64,000 nt of DNA from the human T2T-CHM13v2.0 reference genome, Homo sapiens, in the NCBI RefSeq assembly GCF_009914755.1, contig NC_060936.1. One strand, given 5' to 3'. Positions 1 through 13,966 of this stretch are shown here, piece by piece. Every line of letters begins with the position of its first letter. Within the stretch, counting starts at the first letter, position 1. Below the pieces are notes generated by a model. The model saw nothing but the letters and a program-made list of their open reading frames with translations. It did not search any database and was not told the origin of the DNA. A program made the position numbers and the translations under genes.

Positions 1-430
1 ACTCTCCACCCGCTGCCCCCCTCCCCTCTGTATAAACACGACCACCTTTTTCCATGACCCCATCTCCAGCCTGGGCAGAGAACCCAGGCATCCTCTGCTC
101 TAGCCTGGGCCCCCAGCCTGCTCCCCAGGAGGCAGCAGTGGGCCAGGCTTCCTTGGCATTGTGCCATCCCTGGGGGAGTCCAGACCCTTGAGTCTCCACC
201 TCTCATCCCCAGGTGCCCTCCCTCCACCCTACTAGCCCCAGGGAGGGGCAGTGCCCAGGAGGCAGGCAGGCAATGCCAGTGGAATGTGTGTGGGCATCAG
301 AGGGCATGGACAGGGTGGGGCAGAGGGGGGAACTGGAGGTGCCAGTTAGGTGGCTTTCTGAGCCAGGGGTGGGGGTGTGCCGGGGTGTGGGGGGGCGTGC
401 CCCATGCTGCCTACTAGGCTGTAGGCCACA

Positions 431-434
<4 letters not shown>

Positions 435-476
<42 letters not shown>
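435..476. repeat. (GT)n microsatellite in RARG intron
   Basis: About 21 uninterrupted GT units; explains the CVCVCV ORFs in the track. Confidence 0.97.
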
Positions 477-480
<4 letters not shown>

Positions 481-762
481 CTGTCTATATGGGATACCCA
501 AGCTCCAGGCTCCCTGCACACACTACCCCCACTCCCCTGTCTTCTCTCTACTTGCCTCAAGGATATGAGATGCTGGCTATGGTCCTTGACCCCAACTCAG
601 CATCTGACCCTAAGGGCAGAAGCCTCAGACTTGAGGATTGGGATTCCAGCTGCCCAGGACCAGAGCCCTAAAGCGGGACAGTCATCTCAGTTTCTTGCCC
701 TGAAGACCTCCTACTCAGGCTCCCCTGCCCCCACCACCACTAACAACCAAGCATCTTCTTAC

Positions 763-829
763 CCGCTGGCCGCCTGCAGAGACTGGCTTCTACATACTGG
801 GTCAGGTTGAGGGAACTGGGCCGTAGCTG
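763..829 (-). other. RARG: RARG (RARgamma1) 5'UTR exon 2, non-coding, 67 nt
   Basis: Minus strand reads tctttag|CAGCTACGGCCCAGTTCCCTCAACCTGACCCAGTATGTAGAAGCC...GGCCAGCGG|gtaag; matches the RARG1 mRNA leader as I recall it; canonical AG/GT. Confidence 0.88.
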
Positions 830-1399
830 CTAAAGACAGAGAGGCAGCGTCAGTGGAACTCTGGGACCAGCACTCCTGGGTCCCTGTCCCGGTCTTCCTG
901 CTCTTTCTTTGTTCCATTTGGGCTTCCCTCAAGAATACTCCAGAGGTGCCCCCCACCTTGGCTGGAGGGAGCCAAGGCTCGCACCTGGGCTGGGAACGTG
1001 TGGGAGGGAATCCAGCGCTTCAAGGAAAGTTCACAGATCCCTATCCTATGCACCAGTCCTTCGGAACTCCTGGACGCGGAGGGCCAGGCTCACTTGCCTC
1101 TGGACGTTTTCCTTGCCTTCTGATGTCCAAGCTGTCCCATTCCACTGGGGAGGGAGGAACTTGGACCAGCATGGAACATCAAATCTACCCCTCAGAGCCC
1201 GGGGGTAAGGGGGTGGTAGTCTTTCCCCGCGAGAGGAAACCCTGTCTTCTCTCACATTCCCAGCACAAAAATATAAGGAGGAATGCCCCCTGGCTGAAGA
1301 CTTCCCCAAATGCTGTCCTCTGCTATGCACCAAAATGAAGGGCAGATGACCCAGCCCATCCTCAGCCTGTTAAAATCTTCCCCATTCCCTTCCCACAGC

Positions 1400-2100
1400 A
1401 GGACTGGCCTGGGTCGGGGCAAGAAGCCCCCCTCAAGCCCGGCGGCCAGCCTGGCCAGCCTCGGGAGGGCATTCGCCCGTGCAGCTCCTCCGCGCCCCCT
1501 CCCCCAGCCGCCTCGCCGGAGGACCCAGGCGACGGGGCGGGCGAGCCTGCTTCCCCGCCTGACTCACCTGGAGTGGGAGGGGGAAGGGAGGCGGCGGAGC
1601 CCCGAGGTCCCGGCGTCGGGCAGTCTCTTGGATGGAGCGTCGCAATGTCCGGGGCTCGCCGTACTGGGGGGCTCCTGGGGGGGCACGGCTCTAGGCTGGG
1701 ACTGTCCCGGGGCCTCTCGGAGCCCGCCCGCCCACGTGACCGCCCCAAAATATCCGACACATTTTCTCCCAAACCGCACACTGACTCTGCAGGCGGGGAC
1801 ACGGAAAATATTTTCTTTCTTTTTCTCCCTCCCCACCCCCCCCCCAACCTCCCTCCCTGCCCAACTCCCTCCTCCCCCTCCCGCCCTCGCTCCTCCCTCC
1901 CCTGCCTGCCCCTGCCCGGCTCCCTCCTCTGTGCCCTGGGGCTGGGGGGCGGAGGGATGGGTGGGCGGGAGGGGGACTGGGCGGGGCGGCCCGGGACGCC
2001 TGGGTCTCTGCCCTTCCCATTTGCTAGGCTTCCGTGACTCCATCCTCTGGGAGGCCGGGCACGGCTGGCAGAGGAGGTCAGTGTCCTGGCCCCGTGATGC
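1400..2100. promoter_or_regulatory. RARG: CpG island / RARG1 promoter with GC boxes, E-box CACGTG (1733-1738) and C-rich tracts (G4-capable on minus strand)
   Basis: High GC and CpG density around exon 1; GGGCGG/CCGCCC motifs; C-runs at about 1825-1930. Confidence 0.85.
1568..1810 (-). other. RARG: RARG (RARgamma1) exon 1, non-coding; 5' end approximate
   Basis: Minus strand ...CAGTACGGCGAGCCCCGGACATTGCGACGCTCCATCCAAGAGACTGCCCGACGCC...CCCACTCCAG|gtgagt; strong donor at 1568/1567; the coding exons lie left of the window. Confidence 0.85.
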
Positions 2101-2700
2101 CAACCTTTTCTCTCTGGCACTTTTCTCCTTTCTGCCTTTTGGGGGGACTAGTTGAGTTGTCTGTGGCCAGGCTGTGACTCTTGCGAGGCCAGTCTCTGGC
2201 GCCTCCCCAGGGTAGGCAATGGGGCGGTACCCACTCCCTCCCAGTGCTGGATTGGCCGGGCAGGAGTATGCCAGATCTAGAATAGATGCTCCTGCCCTTA
2301 CTCTTTGCTCAGCCTTCACCTGCAGATCCAAGTAGCCTCTCCCTTCCCCTAGCCCACCTCAGTCCTTTGGTCCCAGGAGCAAACTGGTTGACTAGTGGCT
2401 GTTGCTGGGGGTGCTGAGGCCAGGGCTCACAGACATCTTCCCTGTCATCTTGCCTGGAGTAAGCTCCAGGAGTTAGGGCGCCTGGGTCCCTGGCTGCCAG
2501 TTGTCCCCCACCTTTAGGCCTGGATTTGGAAGGGGAGAGGCTGGAGAGGAGGGCAGGAGGAACTGTGGCTGGGAGTGGGAGGAGCCTTGGGCTGGGTGTG
2601 AGAGAGAAAGCCCAGGCAGAGGGTGTGTGTCTGCCCTAGCCAGCACCGGCCTGCCTGCCTGCCTGCCTGGTAGATGTGCCATGAATGCTGTTGACTCCGG

Positions 2701-2734
2701 GTGTGTGTGTGTGTGCGTGTGTGTGTGTGTGTGT
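2701..2734. repeat. (GT)n/(GC) alternating purine-pyrimidine microsatellite
   Basis: Seen directly; followed by GCGCGTGCGCATGC (NRF1-like) at 2743-2756. Confidence 0.95.
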
Positions 2735-4559
2735 CTGTGCAAGCGCGTGCGCATGCCAGTGCCGAGAGTGAGTGTCTGTGTCTGATGGGGGCATTATCTG
2801 CTTCAACATAGACAGACTCTCAACCCTAGAGTGAGAGAACCCAGTGGTTTCACTCTGCATTCTACTGAGGACAGAGGGAGAGAAAAGAATGGGTCTGCAG
2901 TCCAAGCTCTGTGCACGGATCCCAAACACTCCCATGGGGACTGGAGTTGGGAGGGAGAAAGAGGAGAAGGGGAGAGTCTGAGCTAGGCTGATAGGCTGGA
3001 CAGACATACCCAAAGTACCTTCCCCAGCAATGCTCGCAGGGTGACCAGGACCTGGGACACAGACTCCTGGGTCACGTCACATTTTCCATACTGGAATTAC
3101 TTGGCTTTGTCCTTGCTCCCCCCTGGGGGCCAGGTGTCCTCCCTCCTGGGAAAGGCTGCTTTTGGTAGCCAAAGTCAGGTGAAGGAGATGGGGGAAAGAA
3201 GAGGCATGCTGTGGTTACCTCAGGGAATGGGAGATGGCAATGGGGGTGCAGACAAGCCCTCTCTTTCACTCCAGGGATAGGAAGAGCTAGGAATAGATAC
3301 TCCAGGGTCCCGTCCCCAGGTGGCCTAGCTGCTGTTGACTTTGCTTGGTTACCCTGGGAGCAGCTCTCAGCAGTGTGGGAGGGGCGGGTGTCAGGGAGTT
3401 GGACCCAGGCGTCCAGGCTGGGGTGGGATGGCGCCCCGCCTGTGTGGCAGGGCTCCTGCCAAGAGGCTGCAAAGTTAACCCCTCCTGCCCTGCCCTAGTG
3501 GTGGCTGGTGGGAGGAGGGCGGGCCCAGTTGTGGTTTGGGAATGTGGCCCTAATTTCCCCCTCCCCCTTCCAGCACATCTGTACTTGGTTTACAGTGAAT
3601 GAGCCTCCTGTCCTCATGAACCAGGCAAGGGCACCACTCCCTCCTTGGCCAGGCATTCTGACACAGAACCAGGCACCACCCGTGACACTCTCCTCTCCCT
3701 GCTGAGTATCATCTCTCTGAACTCTTCCCTTCTCCTTCTGTAGAGGGGCTTAGGGTTGGTCCCAAAGATCTACAGCTGGAGCTCTGAGACAGTGCATCTA
3801 GGTAGCAAATGGGGCCAGGGAAGCCTAAATCGGGGGACAAAACACTTGGGGTAGCCTCTGAAAACAGAGGGAGTCAGAATTCCAACTGTCTCTGCCCTCC
3901 CTTTGTCTTGGTTTGTCTGTCTGTCTGCCCGGGTCTTTGTCTCTGGTGGGCGTTTGTCTATCCATCCGTCTTGGTAACTGTAGCTCCTCCCTTCTGGCGG
4001 CCTCCTCGTCCCCAGCCGACGACAGCAGCCAAGCAGCGATGCCCAGGAAGACCCGCCCTATGCCGGCCCCTCCCCTTGGGATTGCCACTGCTTCCACCCC
4101 CGCCCCCTCTACCGCCCCTCCCCAGGACCCAGTGACTGGGGTCTGTTCACTGCAGCAGTTTGGAAGTCAAACCAAACAGCAGCAGCAGATTGGGGGACAG
4201 GGAAGAGGGGCATTGTGAGGGCTTCAGATTCTTCTCCCCACCCTCCACTCCCCAGCTTGCAACAGAGCCAGCTTTCTGTCCAGAGATTCCAGGAGGAGGC
4301 TTGGGAAGAGGGCTTCCCACTCTGGAAACTGGTGGAGGGGGCTCCCCTCATTCCTCTTTCCCTTGGGTCATCCCTATTTCTAGGCTTTGCTCTGTTTGTG
4401 GCTGCTCTACTTTGTCACCCTGGCAACTTGGAGAAATGATATCTTGGGGGCCCTAGTACCAGGCTTTGTTTGCTCCCCTCATCCCAGAGCAAAGACCAAA
4501 AGGAGAGATTATGAGGAGAGGAAAAGGATGCAGATATCTGTCCCACCTGTCCTGAAAGT

Positions 4560-4699
4560 CATGGGGAAATGACTTATTCAGTGCCCTGATGCTGGGGGGG
4601 CGGACAGTGGTGAGGATGAAAATTGCCCCACCCTAATTTTCACCCTCACCCCCTCCCAACCCTCCGGCATCAGGACACTGAATAGGTCATTTCCCCATG
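4560..4699. repeat. Ungapped inverted repeat: 65-bp stem, 10-nt loop
   Basis: 4560-4624 vs reverse complement of 4635-4699: 54/65 identical, outer 33 bp 31/33. Confidence 0.95.
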
Positions 4700-5184
4700 C
4701 CCAAATCTGGTGGTGTGGGGGATGTCCTATGCCATGCTCAGAGGTGTCTGGCAGATGACTATAGGGGGTGGTGGGGGAGCTGTGTTGCAGCCCCCAAAGA
4801 CATCATTAAGGCATGGAAGTGCTGTCAGGGCTTGGGGACCAGGGCACCCAGGGAGAGCGTGATGAAAACATGTTTTGTACAACACGTGTCCTCTCTTTTC
4901 CCTTCCTCCTCTCCTCTCCCACCTCCTCCCCCTAGGCAAGCTCTGTGCCAGTGCTGGTGCCAGCCCTGCCTCTGGTGCTTGCTCCACTCCATCCCTTGTA
5001 CTAGGCCTATTCTGCTGCTTGCCAGCTCGTTGACTCTCCTGGTGAGGGAGTTTGTGTGTAGAAGGTCCTTACCAGCCCCAGTGCTGCCCAGATCCCCACA
5101 TAGAATAAGGACTTAATTTTGAAGCTCAGGATTTTAGGATTAGCCTAAACACCTCTGGGAATTTCTTCCCTGAACAGGCACCAT

Positions 5185-5500
5185 GCATTAATTCAACAAA
5201 TCTTTATTAGGCATCCACTATGTGATAAGCACTGTGCTAGGTTCTGGGAATACCCAGGTATGGTCCCTGGCAAGTTCACAGTCGGATGGAGTCAGTTGTT
5301 AACCAAATAATCCACAAAACTGCAACTAGAATAATCAGTGTGGAGAGGCATGAGGGACCATGAGAATGGAGCAGAGGAGTATTCTCCGCCAAGGAGATCA
5401 GGAAAGTCTTCGGAGAAAAAATGAGGGAGATTAGAGAGAAGGAAGGGCAGTGAAATATATGTGCTGCTCAAGAGTATGTGCAAAGGCCCTGGAATTGATG
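5185..5500 (-). mobile_element. L2 LINE 3' fragment
   Basis: ATTCAACAAATCTTTATT...CTATGTG...CACTGTGCTAGG typical of the L2 3' end. Confidence 0.7.
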
Positions 5501-6257
5501 TCCTGGCCCTCAGCCAGTCTGCTCCCCCTGCCCCCAAAAAAGAGGGGCCTTCCATTCCTGTGACGTGCTTGGATTTCAATATGCCAAAAGGGAGGGATGG
5601 TAAGTACCTCCTTGTGGTCATAGCAGGACGCTGAGATACCTGAATGCATTCATTTCCTCCAGAAAGGGAAACAGAGACAGAGAGGGAAGACGACTCACAG
5701 GCTGAGACTTGAGATTATACTATGGAAAACAAGGCCCCATGCTGGCAAATCCTCCAGGGTGAGGGATTCCTGCATTTGCCCAGCTGGAGCCTCACCAGAC
5801 AGAAGGCCTTCTCCTCTGAGCCTGCTCTACCATGCCCCCACTCCCCCGATCCAGCCCTGACCTGTCCCACTCCCTGGAGCTAGCACGTCTGCCTCCACAG
5901 TTGCCTGGAGTGTGTGTGAGGCGAGTGCTACAGGTGTCTGCCAGCCAGTGTGTGGGTGGATGTAGCTGTCTGTTTTGCACAGAATCTCCATCCAGGGGAT
6001 ACGGGGTTCTCTTTCCCCTGTCCACTGGAGAGCTTCCAATTCCTCCTACCCAGACACAAAAGTTCCAAGTCTCTTCCTTTTGAAAAGGAATTGGGGGCCC
6101 CTTGAAAGAGGGAGCAGACCTCTTTGTGACTGTGCCTCCTCTAGAGCCAGCAAAGAGGTCATGGAACCAATGGGGTTAAGTCCCAGCCCTGCTGTGACCC
6201 ACTTTCCTCCCTGTGCCCACATCCCCTGGGGCCAGAGTGTTGGGTGGGGCCAGCCTG

Positions 6258-6339
6258 GCACCCCCACACCCACACCTGGGACTTCCCCTGGATGGAAACT
6301 CCCAGAACCCAGGCATCCTGCTTCCCCTGCCAACTCCCA
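6258..6339 (+). repeat. Copy A of a local diverged direct duplication (partner 10566-10648)
   Basis: 69/83 aligned columns identical to copy B. Confidence 0.9.
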
Positions 6340-6504
6340 CCAACTGCCTGGGTTCTATTCAGCTTCATTTAGATCTCCCTGTCTGCCAGCCTTTGACCAA
6401 ACTACATCTGTGCTCCAGCCCACCCTTTGGTGTCTGGCTGCCCCTTCTGGTGGACTCCTTTGAAGAAAAGATGTGGAGCTGGGGGAGGGGGCTGTGGAGA
6501 AGCC

Positions 6505-7580
6505 ATCTTTTATTGAGCACCTACTATGTGCCATGTATTGTGCTAGACATGTACATTATCTCATCCCCACTTAACAGAGCAGGGAGTAAGAACTGGAGAG
6601 GTTAAGTGACTTGCTCAATATTGCACAGCTAGGAAGTGGCACAGCTAAGAGGAGAACCCAGATCTTGGTGGTCCTGAGCTCTCTTCACTATAGCAGCGTT
6701 CTTCCACTTCTCTTGCAGCTGCCCACCTCTCTATGGGATGAGAGACTTGAGAAATTCAATTTAATCCAATTCAGCAAACACTGAGTATCTGCTATGTGCC
6801 AGGTACTGACAGGTACCAGAAATAAAGAGATCACTGTCCTCGAGGTCTGGTGAGAAAGACGAGCATTTGGAAGTGCTCTAACATCAGCATAATGACCTGA
6901 ACAAGGTGGCACGGAGCTGAGAAAGAAGCGGTACTTTTATTTCCTCCTTCTGTACAGAGTATATAAATATATTATGAACAGTATACAGAATAAATGGAAT
7001 AAAGTCAATACCTACTTCATTGCCATCCAGGTCAAAAACTGGAGTATTTCCTATACTTCAGAAGTTCCCCATGCATCCCTTTCACAATTCCCTCAGTCTC
7101 CTAAAAACGAACTACAATCCTGACGTTTGTAATAATCGTAAACACAGAAATTACTTGTTTTTCTTTATAGTTTTAGCACCTGTGTATGCCTTCATAAACA
7201 ATACTGCTCAACTTTGCCTGTTTTTGAAGTTTCTATAAATGGAATGATACTCTATTACTTTTTGCTTCCTACTTATTTTGTTCAACTTGTGAACTATATC
7301 CAAGTTGTTACACATAGCTGTCTTCCTATTATTGCATAGTATTCATTGCATGGATATACCACAAGTTATTTTTTTCATTCTACTGTTGGTGAATGTTTGA
7401 GTTGTTTTTAGTTTGGACTGTTATAAACAATGTAGCCATGAACATTCTTGTACATGTTTCCCAGTACACAGATGCAGGAGTTTTTCTAGGATATAGAACT
7501 AAGAGTTAAACTGTATATACAGGTTCAATTTTATCAGATAGCACCAAATAGATTTCCAAAGTGGCTGTATCAATTATATA
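6505..7580. mobile_element. MIR, L2 and old L1M fragments
   Basis: MIR core AGAGGTTAAGTGACTTGCTCAA (about 6600); L2 end at about 6760; AT-rich L1M-like 3' sequence at about 6950-7580. Confidence 0.65.
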
Positions 7581-7581
7581 A

Positions 7582-9563
<1,982 letters not shown>

Positions 9564-10046
9564 GCTGGTTTTCCCTTTTTACTTGGAATAAGATCCAAGT
9601 CCCTGCCATGTCTCACAAGACCCTGCATGGTAGGACCTCTGCCTTACTCTCTGACCTGTGCCACTATGACTCTCCTCTTTGCTCCTGGCACTTGCTGTCC
9701 CCACTCTCTGGAATGTTCTCCCACTAGATAATTCCATGACTTGCTCTCACTTCTTTCAGGTCTTTGCTCAGTGACACCTTCCCTGACCACTGAATTTTGG
9801 ATTGCCACCTCCAGCCTTCCTTATTCCTTTCTCAGCTTTATTTTTCTCCATAACCCAGCCACTCGGGTTCCATTCAGCCTCGGTCAGCTCTGCCTCCTCT
9901 GCCAGGGTTTGACAGACTGCATCTCCCCCAAAGCCCTTAAGGGTGGTCATACCTGATTGGGGGCTGGTCTAACTGTCACTTCTGATGGAGTCACCTCTCC
10001 GAGTCACTTTTTATCACATCACCCTGGGATAAGAATAGCCTTTCTC

Positions 10047-10648
<602 letters not shown>

Positions 10649-10814
10649 ACTACATCCCAGACTCCGTCTTTCAGAGCCCTCCTGTGGCCACTGCTATTGC
10701 CTGCTGCTGCTTCCCTGAGTCCCCTGTGGGAGCTGTTTGGGGTCCCTGAAGCAGCAGCTCTGGAGGTTAGTGTTGGAGAGACTCAGGCATCAGGGGCCTA
10801 GAGCTCAAGAAATA

Positions 10815-11142
<328 letters not shown>

Positions 11143-11515
11143 TGATTGAGTAAAGGAGAAGACTTCAGCAATGACAGGGCCTCGCCAGGTGAAGAAGGGA
11201 GCAGGGGCACTCAGAGCAGAAGGACCAGTGTGAACAAAGGACTAGAGGCCTGGGAGTACATGTCATATTTGAAGAAAGTGTTCTGATCTGGTGCTGTTGG
11301 AGGATTTTCAGGGGAGAGGGGTAGTAGGAGAGCTTTGCCGGCCTGGAAGGGGAGGGCTGGAAAAGGAGGGCTGGATGTGGAGGGCTGAGCTCCCTGCAGG
11401 ATCAGCAAGGCTCAGCATGTCTTAGGTTTAATCCTGCCCCCCACCGTCCGCCCCTCCTACTCCATCCCTGTCCTCCCCTTCACCCAGCCCCCAGCCTGGC
11501 CACAACTGCAGCTGA

Positions 11516-12034
11516 ATGGACTTCTCTCTGGGCCTACGCTTGGGGCCTAGGAATAAGAAGCCTGCCCACCAAGAGCCTCCTGCCTGCTCCAGGCATGGTC
11601 CACCTGCTGGCTCTCCTTGTCTGTCCTGTCCCCCATCTGCCTGTGCCTTCCCCTGCCATGGCTGTCCCCCACCCCCATGCTCCTGCACTGCCTGTCCCTC
11701 TAGTGCAGCTCCCTGCCCCGCTTGTCCCAGCCTCCCGGGCCCACCCTGCACCTGCTCTTGCCCCCGCTGCCCTGCCTGTCCTCCCTTGACTTGTCCCCAT
11801 AACTCCTGTGTCTCATGCTCCGGTCCACCCTTGACCTGCTGCCACCCCTCACCCTGCCCAGTTTACCCTTGCTCCATGAGCCGAGCTGCCTGTTTGAGCT
11901 CCCGTTTAGGCTGCAGTGATAGCTGTAGCTGTGGCCAAGGGGCTGCCTGGGGACCTCCAGGCTCCCTTGGCTGCTGTAGCTGCTGCTTCAGGGGACAACA
12001 ACGCACTTCTCGGGGGCGCTGTCTGATCATTTAG
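11516..12034 (+). CDS. Uncharacterised 172-aa Cys/Pro-rich protein with C-terminal CaaX box (CLII)
   Basis: ATG (+4 G, in-frame TGA directly upstream) to TAG in non-repeat sequence; 32 Cys and about 34 Pro; CxC/CxxC motifs; CaaX exactly at the stop; AATAAA at 12382-12387. Confidence 0.7.
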   Translation: MDFSLGLRLGPRNKKPAHQEPPACSRHGPPAGSPCLSCPPSACAFPCHGCPPPPCSCTACPSSAAPCPACPSLPGPPCTCSCPRCPACPPLTCPHNSCVSCSGPPLTCCHPSPCPVYPCSMSRAACLSSRLGCSDSCSCGQGAAWGPPGSLGCCSCCFRGQQRTSRGRCLII

Positions 12035-12381
12035 GTGGACTGTTGCCCACCAGGAGACTGTCAGTTTCCTGGAGCACTTCCGTACTGCTGCCCTGGCAAG
12101 GAGGCAGGAGCTGGGTGGAGTGGGAGAGGGATCAGCTGGACCCCTCCCTCAAGCAGGTAGAGGCAGCTGGCTTTCCCCAGTCCTGGAGAGGTGGCAGGGG
12201 GAATCTGCTTTGAAGTTAGTTTCTGGATGTGCTCCTGCTGGTTCCAGAACCTCTTCCTCTGCAACCTCTGGAATGGAAGGTGTTCTTCTCAGAGCCTCCC
12301 CCACGGCCCCTGAAGGTGAGCAAGTTGTCATTTCTTCCTCTCCACTGAGCCTCCATTGGAGTCTCCTCTGCAGTTCACATG

Positions 12382-12387
12382 AATAAA
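12382..12387 (+). terminator. Candidate polyadenylation signal for the Cys/Pro-rich ORF
   Basis: First AATAAA, about 350 nt after the stop codon. Confidence 0.55.
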
Positions 12388-12651
12388 TGGACTCTTCCTC
12401 TAGAGGAGCTGGAGTATCCTGGTCCAGAGGCCACTTCTTCTCCCTCTGACCTACACCCAAGATTGACCCAAGAGTCTCTGAATCCCTGACCTCTCACCTT
12501 GAGTCAGGCAGAGAGGGTCAGTGGCTTTTGGACCAGAAGAAGAGGCTGAGTGGAAGATATTTGGTTCCTCCCTCCACTTGGAAATCCTTGGCATCCTTTG
12601 TGGTCCTTTGTTTCTAGCCAGGAACCCTCTGCCTGGATGTCTTGTCTTTCA

Positions 12652-13273
<622 letters not shown>

Positions 13274-13666
13274 TCAAGCTTCTTTTTCTTAGCTGCCTTC
13301 TCTAGGACTCCTTTCGTTCTTGTCTTTATAGCTGTTTGTGTTTCCTTCTGTCTTTCTACCTCACTCTCTTCATTTCTGTTTCCTCCTCACTCTCTGTCAC
13401 TGGGACATTTTGCCTTCACCTAATTGTATCACCACATCTGTTTTCCCCACTCTCTATCCCTCTATTACTCTATCTAATTTGAAATCAATTTAACATATGT
13501 CTTCAGCACCATAGGAAAGGTTAAAAAAATTAGCATATGTGTTTTTCTTCCCCCTTCTCTTGTCTCAATCCTTGTCTTCATGCCTATTTTCTTCCTTGGT
13601 CTTTCCTTTTCCCTCATATCTCTCTGCTTTTCTGTCCTGTTCTGCTTCTGGGTGCATTTCATTCTT

Positions 13667-13966
13667 TTTGGGTTTTGTTGTTAGTTTTTTGTTGTTGTTT
13701 GGTTTTTTGAGACAGGGCTCGCTCTGTTGCCCAGGCTGGAATGCGGTGGTGCAATCAGAGCTCACTGAAGTTTCTAACTCCCAGGCTCAAGCGATCCCGG
13801 ACTACAGGCACGCACCACCACTCCTGGATAATTTTTTTTTAATTATTGTAGAGACAGGGTCTCACTATGTTACCCAGGCTGGTCCCAAACCTCTGGCCTC
13901 AAGCGATCCTCCCACCTCAGCCTCCCAAAGTGCTAGGATCACAAGTGTAAGCCACTGCACCTGACC
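13667..13966 (-). mobile_element. Alu (J-like) with TSD CATTTCATTCTT
   Basis: Direct repeats at 13655-13666 and 13968-13979. Confidence 0.9.

Noticed and set aside
587-611. Two TGACCC half-sites as a possible retinoic acid response element
   Set aside because: Spacing of about 12 nt does not fit DR1/DR2/DR5
213-810. ORFs with CVCVCV runs (also 2473-2785)
   Set aside because: Translations of (GT)n microsatellites
1310-2331. Several 250-280 aa Pro/Gly/Arg-rich ORFs on both strands
   Set aside because: Stop-poor GC-rich CpG island; open in many frames; the region is RARG promoter and 5'UTR
9862-10003. Loose inverted symmetry (TGACAG...CTGTCA, CCCCAA...TTGGGG)
   Set aside because: Too short and gapped to exceed chance
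11428-11800. Gln/Gly-rich and Ala/Gly-rich minus-strand ORFs
   Set aside because: Antisense shadows of the Cys/Pro ORF; interrupted by stops and without convincing start or terminal signals
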